From the NCBI GenBank assembly GCA_964016885.1, contig OZ024741.1, positions 390,042,001 to 390,106,000 of the forward strand: a stretch of 64,000 nt of DNA, read 5' to 3'. Shown piece after piece: positions 39,641-51,705 of the stretch (positions are counted from its first letter, which is position 1; each line of letters opens with the position of its first letter). Both the position numbers and the translations under genes were made by a program. The DNA is from Eledone cirrhosa (lineage: Eukaryota). The notes below the pieces were generated by a model. The model was not told the DNA's origin and did no database searches. It saw only the letters and a list, made by a program, of their open reading frames with translations.

Positions 39641-40342
39641 TCCCCCAAGGGAGTATGGCTGTATAGCTTATGTAGCATATAGGTATGTCAAGCACTGGGC
39701 AGGGGACATAAAAGTCAAAAAAGTTCTAACACAATAGTTGTCATGTAAATATCATACATCAACAGGGCACCAGGATATAAACACAACAAATATAGTATCT
39801 GGATAAACAAAAGAAACCTAAAATTATCACACTGTTATTTAGTTTTGTGTTGCCAAACAAAATGCTGGAGGACTCTTCAGTTATATCAAGAACATGACAG
39901 CCTCCCTTGTGTTGGTGATCTACATGATAAACGCAACCAGTACACACTGTAAAGTGGTTGGTGATAGGAAGGATATCTAGCCATAGAAAGCTTTCTAAAC
40001 AAAGGGTTGAGAGGTCCCTCAATTGTGTTAAATATATGACAAACTCTCCTGTGCACTTGGTAGTACAGGAAATCATATGTGAGTGAGAGAATAGACCTTT
40101 AGCCTATCTGGGAGGTCAGTAATCCCACTTCGGTACTGACTTGGTCTATGTAAACCTGTCCAACTCTTGCTACCAGGGAAAGTGGATGTTAAAAAGATGA
40201 TGATGTTTATTTTAAAATTTATATCTCAGGCAGGTAGTGAGTCAAGCTTGTTGTTTGTAAAATGGGGGGAAGGGGTGACTTATCTACCAGTGCAGTGTGT
40301 GTATAAGATTTTCAAAATCAGTATAATGATTCAAATTTTATG

Positions 40343-40344
<2 letters not shown>

Positions 40345-40415
<71 letters not shown>
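40345..40415. repeat. (CT)n microsatellite
   Basis: Pure dinucleotide run. Confidence 0.95.
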
Positions 40416-40419
<4 letters not shown>

Positions 40420-41899
40420 CGGTGTGTGTGTGTGTGTACATGTTATATCCTTTATCCATGTCAATGATAGGATGGTTAAGTAATATAAAATGTTAAGGGC
40501 TTCTGCAGGGGGATTTCAGGTATACTTTTATATCCACATGTTCCCCCCACCCCATTGTTTCTGTCCCACTATCTAAACTTCTGTAAACTTTCTAGATCAT
40601 GCAATATCAAGTGAAAATATCATCCAAAGTCTTCCTACCATTCAGTCCATTTAATGCCTGGTTCACTCACCTTCAATGTACCTTGACACTTATATTTGTA
40701 GTTTGTTAATGGGATTCCTCCAAAGGGTCTTACTCGACAGAGTGCATAATACGGAGATCATGATGGCGACATGAGAAAAAGCACCTAGTTCACCCTGTAA
40801 GGTGGTCATGATGGTGATACAACAAAAAGTGCCCAGTCCACCCTGTTAAGTGGTTGTTTTGGTGCCATGATAGATCCATATGAGCATGAAGTGGTCTCAG
40901 GACCTGACTTGTCTCATAATGGGACAACCCATGCAAGCATAGAAAATGAACATTAAATGATGATGTTGATGATGATGATGACTAAACATCAATAGTGTCA
41001 ATTTCACCAGTCACAGAGGGCTCATAAAGGTCATGGCCACTCATTTACTTATTCCAGCCAATGAGCTGAGGTCACTGTCTCTACTTCCTTCCTAACTAAT
41101 CCATTGAAAATATACAGTATGACTAAAATAATACTGTCTTTATCAGGTCTATGGTTGAGTTTGACCATAAAAATACATAAACTATTGCAGAACAATTGTA
41201 TGTGTATATCTGCTAGGAGTTGTGACTGGTAGATAGTATCAGCAATGGAAAGATAATGGAAACATAGTCTGATCTTGGTACTTTTAGCATATCTCACCTT
41301 GTGTTTTTCTTTATTTTGCATCTTGTTATGTATTTCTTTTTTTGTATTCCTTGTGTTTTTATTTGCTGTTTTATTTTTTTTTGTTTCTATTTGTAAACCT
41401 ATATCTGATGATAATTTCACTATCAGGTTTCTAAAAATACACATCAGATGTAGAGTATTTTATCGTAGCAGATATGGTGTTTGGGTGGAGGGAATAGGAA
41501 AGAAGACACTGGTGTGTGCATCTACGCATACACTGAAACAAAAAATTCCTAACAAGGACTGAACATGAAAGAATCAAATTCCCATTGTCACTTCTTCCAT
41601 CTCTTTCTTTCTCCCTACCTCTCAATATTATAAACAAATGGGGGCCCATGTGCTGGCCGCCCTGCGGTCCTGGCAGACAGAATAGAGAAGGCGTTTCTCT
41701 GGAGGATGCTGAGGGAGACACATTGGAAGAGCCATTCCAGCTCAAACTTGTGAGTAGCCAACTCTGTGCCGATGGTGGTGAGTAGGGAGGTGGTCCTTGG
41801 TCTGATTTGACAAGTTCTACCCCAATCAGTGTGCGATTTGATCAATAGATCTGTCAAGAACAGCTCAGGGTGTGATACATATAGTGACACAGTTAAAGA

Positions 41900-42240
41900 A
41901 AATGTCCAGTATTGTGATGCTGCATGGTAGTGAAACATGGGCTGTGACAGCAGAGGACCTGTATAGGCTGTAGAGAAATGTGAGAGAAAGGCAAAGCTTG
42001 ATGAACTGAGGGAAACACTGGGTATAAAAGGAATCCAATGTGGTGTGCGAGAGAGAAGGCTGCATTGGTACGGACATGTGATGTGCATGGATAATGATCA
42101 CTGGGTGAAGAAGTGCCAGGAAATTGCAGTAGAGGTAGATCTAGGAAGACCTGGGCAGAGGTGGTGAGAGCTGATCTCAAATAACTGAAACTCACTGAGA
42201 TGACAACGAAGGAACATAGCGAGTGGAGAGATGCTGTACT
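41900..42240 (+). mobile_element. Old RTE LINE 3' fragment
   Basis: [15 protein letters not shown]...RRLHWYGHV motifs, with deletions. Confidence 0.75.
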
Positions 42241-42735
42241 GGTTTTATGTAAGAACTTTTGTTAAGTTGTACTCTTAACTCCTTCCAAATTCTTGATTAT
42301 ATTAAAAAATTTGAATATAATTTGAAAATTCTAGGCAGTGTCTTTCATTAGAAATATGGTACCAAAAGAGTTAAATAACATCAATTAATTTTCTCTGGAT
42401 TTTCCAGTTAGTCTTCATTGGGTTGAAATAAAACTTTTGTTTCTTTCTACCAGCGTACAAAGAAAACTTTGCAAGTGAGAAATAGTAAAGTCTCAAACAA
42501 AATATTTTTACTGGCAGTTACACAGAAGCTGCTTGGTTGAACTGTTCTTAAACTACTGGAAAGACATTGAACCTGAACCATGATATCATTGAGTGTCAAA
42601 CTGGGATTTCATCTTACCTATAGTAAAGATGTAATATATTCAGAGTATGCTAGTTCAACACTTGGACACACCAAAGATGTTAATTTTTCTTTATGATTAA
42701 CATTCTTACAATATTCATTTTCAAATCAAATAATA

Positions 42736-44252
42736 TGAAGGGGTGCCGAAAAGTTCCTGACCATACACAGGGTATTAAAGAGGCCTCGGTTTGCAGCCCA
42801 AATTTCTGAGTTCTTTTACAGAGCTTAGAAAAACCGATGGACTGCTGCAATAAGTGTCTGAATCTTAGAGGGGAATATAAAAATAATATAATTATAATGA
42901 AATTATTGTGTAAAGTGCTCAGGTGCACTACAACTCGTCAATATAGTACATAGAATAATACACAAATGTCAGGGAAGTACATGTGTGTATGTGTTAGCTG
43001 TTCTGTTGGCGGATCTCGGGAAGCATGGAGGCCTTAAAGGATGCAGTGTCTCGACAGCTAACAACTGATGCAGGTAGTTTGTTCCATGCTTCAGCAACTC
43101 TGAGCGTGAAAAAATGTTTCCGAAAGTCATGGGAACTGTGCTGTTTTCTTACTTTGTGGGCATGTCCACGTGTGGTAGACACATGGAAATCGAAAAGGTA
43201 CTCAGGGTTGTTGTTGGCAACATGGTTAACAATTTTGTGGGTGTTTACCAAGTCAGTTGCCAGGCGTCGGAGCTTCAATGAATCCATGCCCAGGGAAGCA
43301 AGGCGCTCAGAGTATGGTAGATGCCTGATGGAGGGTATTCGCTTGGTTGCACGTCTCTGAACAGTTTCCAGGCGGTCAATGTCCTGAGCAAGATAGGGGT
43401 TCCAGACTGGTGATGCAAATTCTAAGTGTGGTCGCACCATAGCTGTATACAGCCTTAAATAGATATCTGGAGAGCGGCTGACAAAGGTCTTGCTGAGTGA
43501 TGCTAAGACACCCTCGGCCCTCTTGACAATTTTAGAGACGTGCCTCGTCCAACGCAAATCGCTGCTGACCGTAATGCCCAGGTCACGTTCACAGGAAGAC
43601 TTCTTGATATTAGTGCTGTGGAGAGAGTATGTGGATGCTGGGTTTTTACTCCCAAAATGCATGGTGGTGCACTTGTCCACAGCTAGCTTGAGTTGCCAGT
43701 CTGAGATCCACTGTTGCATTGTGTCCAGGTCAGACTGCAAGCAAGATCTATAGTGTTCAGGATCTGTCCTTTTTATCTCAAGGTACAGCTTGATGTCGTC
43801 TGTGTACTTTAGTACTGTGGCATTCCTTAAGTTGGCATCTATGTCATTAATATATGCCACAAACAAAAGGGGGCCAAGAACAGATCCCTGAGGTACACCA
43901 GATGACATCTCATATGGTGAGGAATGCTGTCCCAGAACCGTGACTACCTCTCTTCGACTGAGAATGAAGGACTTCAACCAGTTAAAAAGATCATCCTTCA
44001 CACCCATTGCAGAGAGTTTTGCCATAAGCCTTTTGTGTGGCACAGAATTGAAGGCCTTCGCAAAGTCAAGGTAAACAACATCCACCCATGAGCCGCCATC
44101 AGTGATCCGGGTGATGTCCTCAAGAAACTCTATAAGTTGATCACAGCAGCTGGAGTTGGGGATAAATCCATATATGTTAAATAAAATCATAATTAACTGA
44201 TCCTCCTGTAGTTTCTTTTACTTTAAGCCAGGAACTTTTCAGCAGCCCCTCA
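42736..44252. mobile_element. Mariner-type MITE interrupted by a CR1 LINE
   Basis: TA-flanked TIRs tgaaggggtgccgaaaagttcctg / caggaacttttcagcagcccctca. Confidence 0.65.
42890..44172 (-). mobile_element. CR1-clade LINE, 5'-truncated, uninterrupted RT C-terminal ORF
   Basis: VYLDFAKAFNSVPH, GVPQGSVLGPLLF, YTDD, LYTAMVRPHLEFASPVWNP, VQRRATK and FFTLRVAEAWNKLP. Confidence 0.93.
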
Positions 44253-45421
44253 TACATGCTAAGAAACAAAGATTAACGGTTTTTTTTTTTACATTTCTAA
44301 TGAAAGACACTGTAGTTTTCAAATTATTTTGAAAATAATATATAATTTGGGGAGATTTAGTAATATTACTAACTTACTCATTATTAAGCTGGTGTTTGGA
44401 GCATAACATAACAAAGGTTCTTTTGTAAAATAATGATAGAAGTTTTTTAAAATATAAATACAAATACTTTGAAATAAATATTTTTGTATTGCAGAACTAG
44501 GTGTGGTTTTAGGCAACTTGGTATCAATAAGGTTCAGTCAAGGTTAAGTGTATATTATGTACAGAAATAGCCTAAAGTTTGTATGTTTACTTTTTAAGTA
44601 ATACAAATGCTACTAGACGCCAGTGGTATTGACTTATAGTTGTTGTGTATGGAGGTGGGAAGAAGAGATTGACTAAAATGCAGTCAACAGTATTAATTTG
44701 TACTAGTCAATGCCATGGAAATTTTCTTTGATCATTGACAACCAAGACATAATATTTACTCTGAATCATCATCATCATCATTGTTTAATGTCCACTTTCT
44801 CTGCTAGCAATGATTAGACAGGTCTACAGAGGCCAATTCTGTACTGAAGCAGGGGTCTGCATCTTGCTGACATGATTTCATGTTCTATCGAGTGCATAAG
44901 AGAAGTTGTCATGTCTTTTGACACAAACTCAAGGGTCTTCCCAACCCTTTGTTTGGCAAGCTTTTTATGGCTAGATGTCGTTCCTGACACTAATGACTTT
45001 ACAGCATGTACTGGGTGCTTTTATTGTGATGATCACCAGAACTAGGAAGGCCGTCATATCTGATTGAGCAGAATTATGATGAAAGGTTTTCCAGTACAGG
45101 CAACTCAAGACTGCATTATCTCAAGTGTGATTTGAAGGAAATTTGGCTGCTATCTCTAGCAAGTTTAGCAACGATGTAGAAACTCCTTTGTTGGCTCATG
45201 AGGTAGTGGTGTATGGTGGTGTATATTGATGGTTGAGGTGAGGATGAGGGTGTATGGTGATGGTATGTGGTCGTGTATGGTGGTAGTAGTGTGTGGTGGT
45301 GTATAGTGATGTTGGTGGTGGTGTGTGGTAGTCATGTGTGGTGGTGGTGGTGGTAATCATGTATGTATATGTTTGACAAAAGTGAATTAAATTTTAAATA
45401 TTTTCTTCATTTATTTAATAG

Positions 45422-45592
45422 GATCATTACTACCAACCATTATGGACATTAGTTGGTGGAGGGCTGAAAACCTTCGAAGAAACCAAGAAACCAATGTCTT
45501 CAGTGTTACCATCCAAAAGTGAGTGGATTAATGACAAAGTTGTAGGCTTTGATCCAGACAACAACTTTGTCACTCTCGAAGATGGAAGCAAG
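45422..45592 (+). CDS. SQOR: SQOR coding exon 2
   Basis: aatag| acceptor and |gtatgt donor. Reads DHYYQPLWTLVGGGLKTFEETKKPMSSVLPSKSEWINDKVVGFDPDNNFVTLEDGSK, containing the hallmark HYYQPxWTLVGxG. Phase 0/0. Confidence 0.95.
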
Positions 45593-45857
45593 GTATGTTG
45601 TTGTTCCTATATATTTGGTAGTAGTTATAGTCTGGTCTAAGCCAAAGGCACATCAGGCCAGTGTTTATCCCCGGTTTCCTTGGCATTAAGTGATTGAAAG
45701 TACAAGACTCTCCTCTGGACAAATCGACGGCCTATCACAGGTTTATCTTCTCAGCTACAGCTGGTACTCACTCTCAGCTGTGTGTACTGGATCAACGTGC
45801 AATAAAGTGTTTTGCTCAAGAACACAGTGCAGTAGCTTGTCTGACAACATTATGATT

Positions 45858-46048
45858 ATGTGGATTGGCAGTATCGGTAGAGCGTCGGACGCCATGCTTT
45901 GCAGCAAAGAGTTACTTCCCTTTACGGACTGAGTTCAAATCCCGCCGAGGTTAACTTTGCCTTTCATCCTTACGGGGGTCGATAAAATAAAGTACCAGTA
46001 ATACACTGGGATAATTGCTGGCCTTGTGCCAAAAAGTAGAAACAATTA
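45858..46048 (+). mobile_element. tRNA-derived SINE (same family as 8682)
   Basis: Well-preserved A/B boxes and core. Confidence 0.68.
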
Positions 46049-47091
46049 TGATTATATGTCAAGCACCTTAACCATTAGGTCAGGTTTCTAATTTCAGAAA
46101 TTAATCAGTTGAGAGACAAAATTAGCTTTAGCTTTTAGTTGAGGGAAGTACTAAAATTATTAATTCTTCATTAGCATATGGTTCTTATATATACTTATAT
46201 TGGAAGATTTAATTTACTAATGAACAGATCTTTGTAAAATTTTGCAGTATTAAAGTAAAGACTTTCATTTGTAATGTGACATAATCATACTGCTGTTTTA
46301 TACTTTTGAAGAATATCTTGCTAATGCAGTTTCATGTGGTACAGGGTTTAAACGGTTAATGTACATCCACTCTCAGTTCATTTGCACTTCCAACAGATTT
46401 TGTTCAGCTAATTTATTTTAAGCTTCTGTAGACCTGCACTTAATGCCTTTCTCACCATCATGCAAAATTCAAACTTTTTATACATTGCTTCATGAAGTCT
46501 GCTTCTTATATGAAAAGAGATATTCTTTGTGATCAAAGAATTTCTTTCAAATTTTTCTTAAAATAGCTGCTATATTTTTATTATCTTTAGCACTAATTAT
46601 GCTACCTGGGTAGAAGAAACTATCTTCTATTCCTGTTGTCTGTTATCTGCGCAGTTAATCAATTTCATGCCATGGCTACAGTTGCATAATTAACTCTTAA
46701 CAGGCTGTAATAATTTAGCAGAAATTGTCTAAGCATAGGTTTGTTAGTTCAAATATTTAGAGTGTCTTTACTAATTGACAAGATTGTTGTAAAAATTTGC
46801 AGTATTATACTAATGACTATAATTTTTAACATGATCTAGTCGTAGTGTTGTTTTGTACTTTTAAAGAATGTATTGCTAATATGGACAGGGTGTTTTTGTT
46901 GTGGCTCTGGATCAGCATACAGAGTGGACCCAGTGCTTTTGTAGTGGTAACAGAATTGTGGAAGATCAGATGTGAAGCATGTCCACCTTTCATGTTTGTA
47001 TGCATGGGTTGGGCAAGCAAGGTGTATCAGGGGTGACGGTTTGGAGCTTGTGAATTGAAAACATTTCAATTTTCTTTTGTTTCTATTTCAG

Positions 47092-47145
47092 GTTTTCTAT
47101 GAATATTTGGTGTTAGCCTTGGGTTTACAACTTAACTTCCACTTG
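47092..47145 (+). CDS. SQOR: SQOR coding exon 3
   Basis: tttcag| acceptor and |gtaagt donor. VFYEYLVLALGLQLNFHL matches the SQOR YxYLxxAxGxQL segment. Phase 0/0. Confidence 0.92.
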
Positions 47146-48157
47146 GTAAGTACAATATCTCTCTATACTCACAGACACACTTATACTTATACACATTTAT
47201 CTACAAATTTAAATATTTCATTGAAATTTTAGATAAGTGCATCCTACCTTCTCTATGGTCATGAACTTGGGTTATTCCGAAGGGTCATGGAGTAACTTAA
47301 ATACACTGACAGTGTATCTCTTTTGAAATATAGTCTTGAAGAAGTTAAGTTGGACTTCATAGTTGTATTTTATTTATTAATAAAGATGTAGGATAAAGAT
47401 AAGATTTCTCATGATCCAAGTGAACTTGGCAGAGTTCATCTCTCCTCTCTCTCCCAGGTCAAATAATTCGCAGTCTTCTGAGTTTAAATCCAGCCAGTAT
47501 CAGAAAATAAGCGCTAGTCAAACACTGGGGCTTAATATTATCAATTGTACAAAGGTAGTGGAATGGCAGAATTTAATCATAGGCCTTTTCTGTTCTGAAT
47601 TTAAATCCTGCTATGATTAACTTTCCAAGTTTAAAATAAAGTACCAGCAACACACTGGAGTTGATTCAATTGACTTTCCCCCTACCCTCAAATTTCTGCT
47701 AATGTTAGAAAGAATTAAGGGTGGTGGATTGGCAGTAATCGGCAGAGTGTGGGACAACATGCTTTGTGGCATGTAGTTATGGCCCTTTATGTTCTGAGTT
47801 CAAATCCCATCATGGTTGCCTTTCCTCCTTAACAACAAAAATAAAGTACCAGTATCACACTGGGGTCAATTTAATCAACTCTCCCCGTGCCTTAATAAAA
47901 AACCATTATTATCCAAATAGTGGATTGGAGAATCCATTTAATCTCTGACAAAATACTTTACAGTATTTAGTTACATCCCTTTATGTTTTGAGTTCAAATC
48001 CCACCAAGACAAAACTTGCCTTTCCTCTTTCCAGAGTTGATAAAGTACCAGTCAAATACTGAGGTCACTTTAATTGACTAGTCTCTCCCTTCAGATTTTT
48101 GGTCATATTAATGGTAAAGGTTGATGAAAGCAATGTATTTGCAATTTGTAAGACAAG

Positions 48158-48428
48158 TGGCAGTGTGTGGCCTAGTGGTAAGGGTGTTGGGCTTACAATT
48201 ATAATGTTCTCGCTTTGATTCCAGGGCTGGGTTGTCTGTTGTGTTCATGAGCAAAACACTTCATTTCACATTGCTCCAGTATATTCAGCTGAAAATGAAT
48301 ACCAGCAATAGCCGGGGGTTTAACCCTGCAATGGACTGGCATCCTATCCAGGGGGGAGTCTAGTACTTCATACCATGGAAACTGGGATAAGTACTGATGT
48401 GATGAGTCAGGGATCGAGACTTTAGACT
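48158..48428 (+). mobile_element. tRNA-derived SINE, second family
   Basis: gtggcctagtggtaagg A-box; core shared with the 30495 copy. Confidence 0.62.
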
Positions 48429-50167
48429 TTTACTTGGACCAGTTATCCTTCAATACCATCCACTGATATCTGTGGGTAGACTAAAGTAAAATGAATGTCT
48501 CACTCATTCATATAAATAGATCGTTGCCAAACCCTTTATGAGGGAACTTATAGTGTAATTTATTGTGGATTCCATTTTTGATGAGATGTGGCAGAGATTT
48601 CACATCAGAATGTTGTTTTATTACTTACTGATATGGGCCTCAATCTTATCTTTAAAAGATTCCCCTCTGGAGCAGACACAAGTCCATTGCATAGGTTAAC
48701 TCCCAGATGCTGCTGCTGGTACTCATTTTTCACATCTGAGCAGATTGGAGCCATATGAAGTATATTGCTTAAGAACTAAACATGATGCCTGGCCCAGGAA
48801 TCAAACACACAGCCTTATGATCATGAATACAACACTCTGTTCACTAGGCCACACACCTTCAGTTTTACATCAGAAGGCCTTCATCTTATTTACCTACTAG
48901 GTATTGATAGGGACTACAGTGGATTAGCCAACAATACAGGCATCTATGTGGAAACATAACCTGTTACAAATAATAACCAAATCACCTTTAAATTTTACCC
49001 TACTGTCATATGTATGTGTATACACATATGTATGAACCAAGGAGAGTGACTTTACATTATATCATCTTGATCTGAAATATAATAAATTGGCAGCTAAATC
49101 TCCCTTAAATCATACCCTTCTGTTGTCTGTCTATTACTTTTGGAAAATACCCAGGCATCACTGGGTAGATCTGCTAGTATAATATAATTCAAAATATTGT
49201 ACTTAGATTTTAAAAATATTTTTTAATGTATTTACCTCCCCCACCACCATCATGCCCCCACTCAATGATTTGTTTTTTTTGCTTAGACATACTTGGAATA
49301 GCTGTAAGTATCCTAAACAATACTGCCATTTGTTGTTTAGCCCCAGATCAACCCTGATTAATTGGACTTATGTATAAAGGTATTCCAACAATGACCACTC
49401 TGTATTTTATTGTTGTTTAGTCCCAGGTCAGCTCTGATTAAGCAGATGTATAATTTAATGTGTTTTACCTGTGATCATCTCGTATTTTGTTGTTGTTTAG
49501 TTGTAGGTTAGCCTTGATCAAAGATGTACTTGTTGTGATCAGCTAGTTTTAGTTGTTCAGCCCTAGATCAATTTTTATTGATTAGACTAAGAATGAAAGA
49601 CACTCTAGAAGTGACCATCATGCCTTTTTTCAGGCTGTCATCTACATTATTCCTTCCTTAAAACAGAGGGAATAATTTGAGGGTTATAAGATGCTACCCC
49701 CAGCAAATCAAGTAGCTGCACAAGGTGTCCTTCTACTTTTTGTACCCACAGGACTACATGGTTAAATGCATCCTTCATTTATATTTTTTTTAATGGTATA
49801 TTATTAGTTGAAGGAATTTAGCTGCTATTTCTAGCAAGTCAAGCAACAATGTAGAGGCATCATGGATGATAATCACAATTTAATCTCGTTGAAAGGCTCT
49901 CATCATTTCCCCATATTTATACTTATATGACAATATTTCCAGTAAACCACAAATTTAAACAAGTAGCACAAAAATATTGGAATTGTCCTGACTAGTTTTA
50001 GTTTCAGTTTTATTTGCAGATTCTTCAGAGAATAAGTATTCTCATGTTCTGTTTGTGGAAAGATTGATAGCGCATGGCTATTTATATCGTGTACAGATCA
50101 AAGATACTATGTTAGATGTTGTTTGGTGTTAATCAGGTTTTTTTGTTTTTTTTTGACATCTTTCTAG

Positions 50168-50398
<231 letters not shown>

Positions 50399-50629
50399 TA
50401 AAGTTTTACATTGAGTTTTCTTTCGCAACCACATGGTTCTGGGTTTGGTATCACAGTGCAGCACTTTCTACTAAAAGATTGGGCTGATCAGTTGACCAAT
50501 GCCTTGTGAGTGGAATTTGACCGACAGGAATGACTACAATATATATTTATTTATGTGTGTGGCTGCCGGCCACTTATTTTTTCGGTCCCTAAGGATATTT
50601 TACCCAATTTTCTAATGCTATTATAACTT

Positions 50630-50838
50630 ATTGGCAGTATTGCTAGAACATCGGAGAAGATGCTTTGTGGCATATAGCTACATCCCTTTAAGTTTTGAGT
50701 TCAAATCCCGTCAAGGTTAACTGCTTTTCATCCTTACAGGGTCAATAAAATAAGTACCAGTAACACGCTGGGGTTGATTTAATCAATTTTCCCATCACCC
50801 AAAATTGTTGGCTTTGTGCCTAAATCAGAAACTATTAT
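50630..50838 (+). mobile_element. tRNA-derived SINE (same family as 8682)
   Basis: B-box and conserved core and tail. Confidence 0.65.
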
Positions 50839-50920
50839 TCCATAGACTGTGCGCTTGGATTTCAATGTTTTCAAATTTCAAATCATTCAAATGCTTCTAT
50901 AAATTGTAAGATATGTATAT

Positions 50921-51687
50921 CTGCCTGGGAAACATTTGTAACCGAGCAATAAATCTCATATGTAACACCTCCACTTTGTTCTTATATACACTGTGCTCTG
51001 CATCAAGTGCTGACCTTAGTACTCTCACCAGTTTTCTTCAAACTTTCTAAACCTTTTGCTCCCCCCTGAGTATAGTGCTTAGAGCTGAGTACCATGGAGA
51101 GGTTTACCTGCTCATTTTCTTCTGAGGACTACCAATACCGGATAGCGATACTTACCTGTGTAGGATGGTACAGTACATGGACTCATTTATCAAACGGATG
51201 CGGTGGCATGCACGGACTACATTACACCTGACGCTGACCCTTCGGACCTAAAGGCTTACTTCAAATCCTATATGGACCTCCCTCATAATGTACTTCTGGA
51301 GAAATTTGAGGGTAGACTCTTGCATTTTGTGTGTGTTTTTATGATATATGTATGTGTATGTATATACATATGTGTATGTGAGGATCTGTGTATGTATATG
51401 TATGTACATGTACAATTTCTACATGTGGGAGTGTATATGTGCGTAGTATTTTTTAATTTAGTATGTATTATTTATATTCATTATTTTTGCTTTTGTTTAT
51501 AACGGTTATTTTTTTATAATGCTCGGGATACGTGCGTCTGTTGGATTCTAGGCCCATGATTGGTCATTCTATAGACTTGTTTGTGTCTGGCTGGTTCGTT
51601 CATAGATCACGAGCCAGCTGCCTGGGAAACATTTGTAACCAGGATTGAGCAATAAATCTCATATGTAACACCTCCACTTTGTTCTTA
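50921..51687 (+). mobile_element. Internally deleted Penelope-like element (Naiad-like N-terminus) bounded by direct pLTR repeats
   Basis: ~65-bp direct repeats at 50921-50985 and 51618-51687. Frameshifted ORF start MERFTCSFS/GLPIPDSDTYLCRMVQYMDSFIKRMRWHAR...YFKSYMDLPHNVLLEKFEGRLL. Confidence 0.55.
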
Positions 51688-51705
51688 TTATATATACATA
51701 AGGAA

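Noticed and set aside
51550-51616. SECIS-like ATGA...GA arrangement in the Naiad-like element
   Set aside because: The upper stem pairs poorly and the apical AA motif is missing; it cannot be supported without a covariance search.
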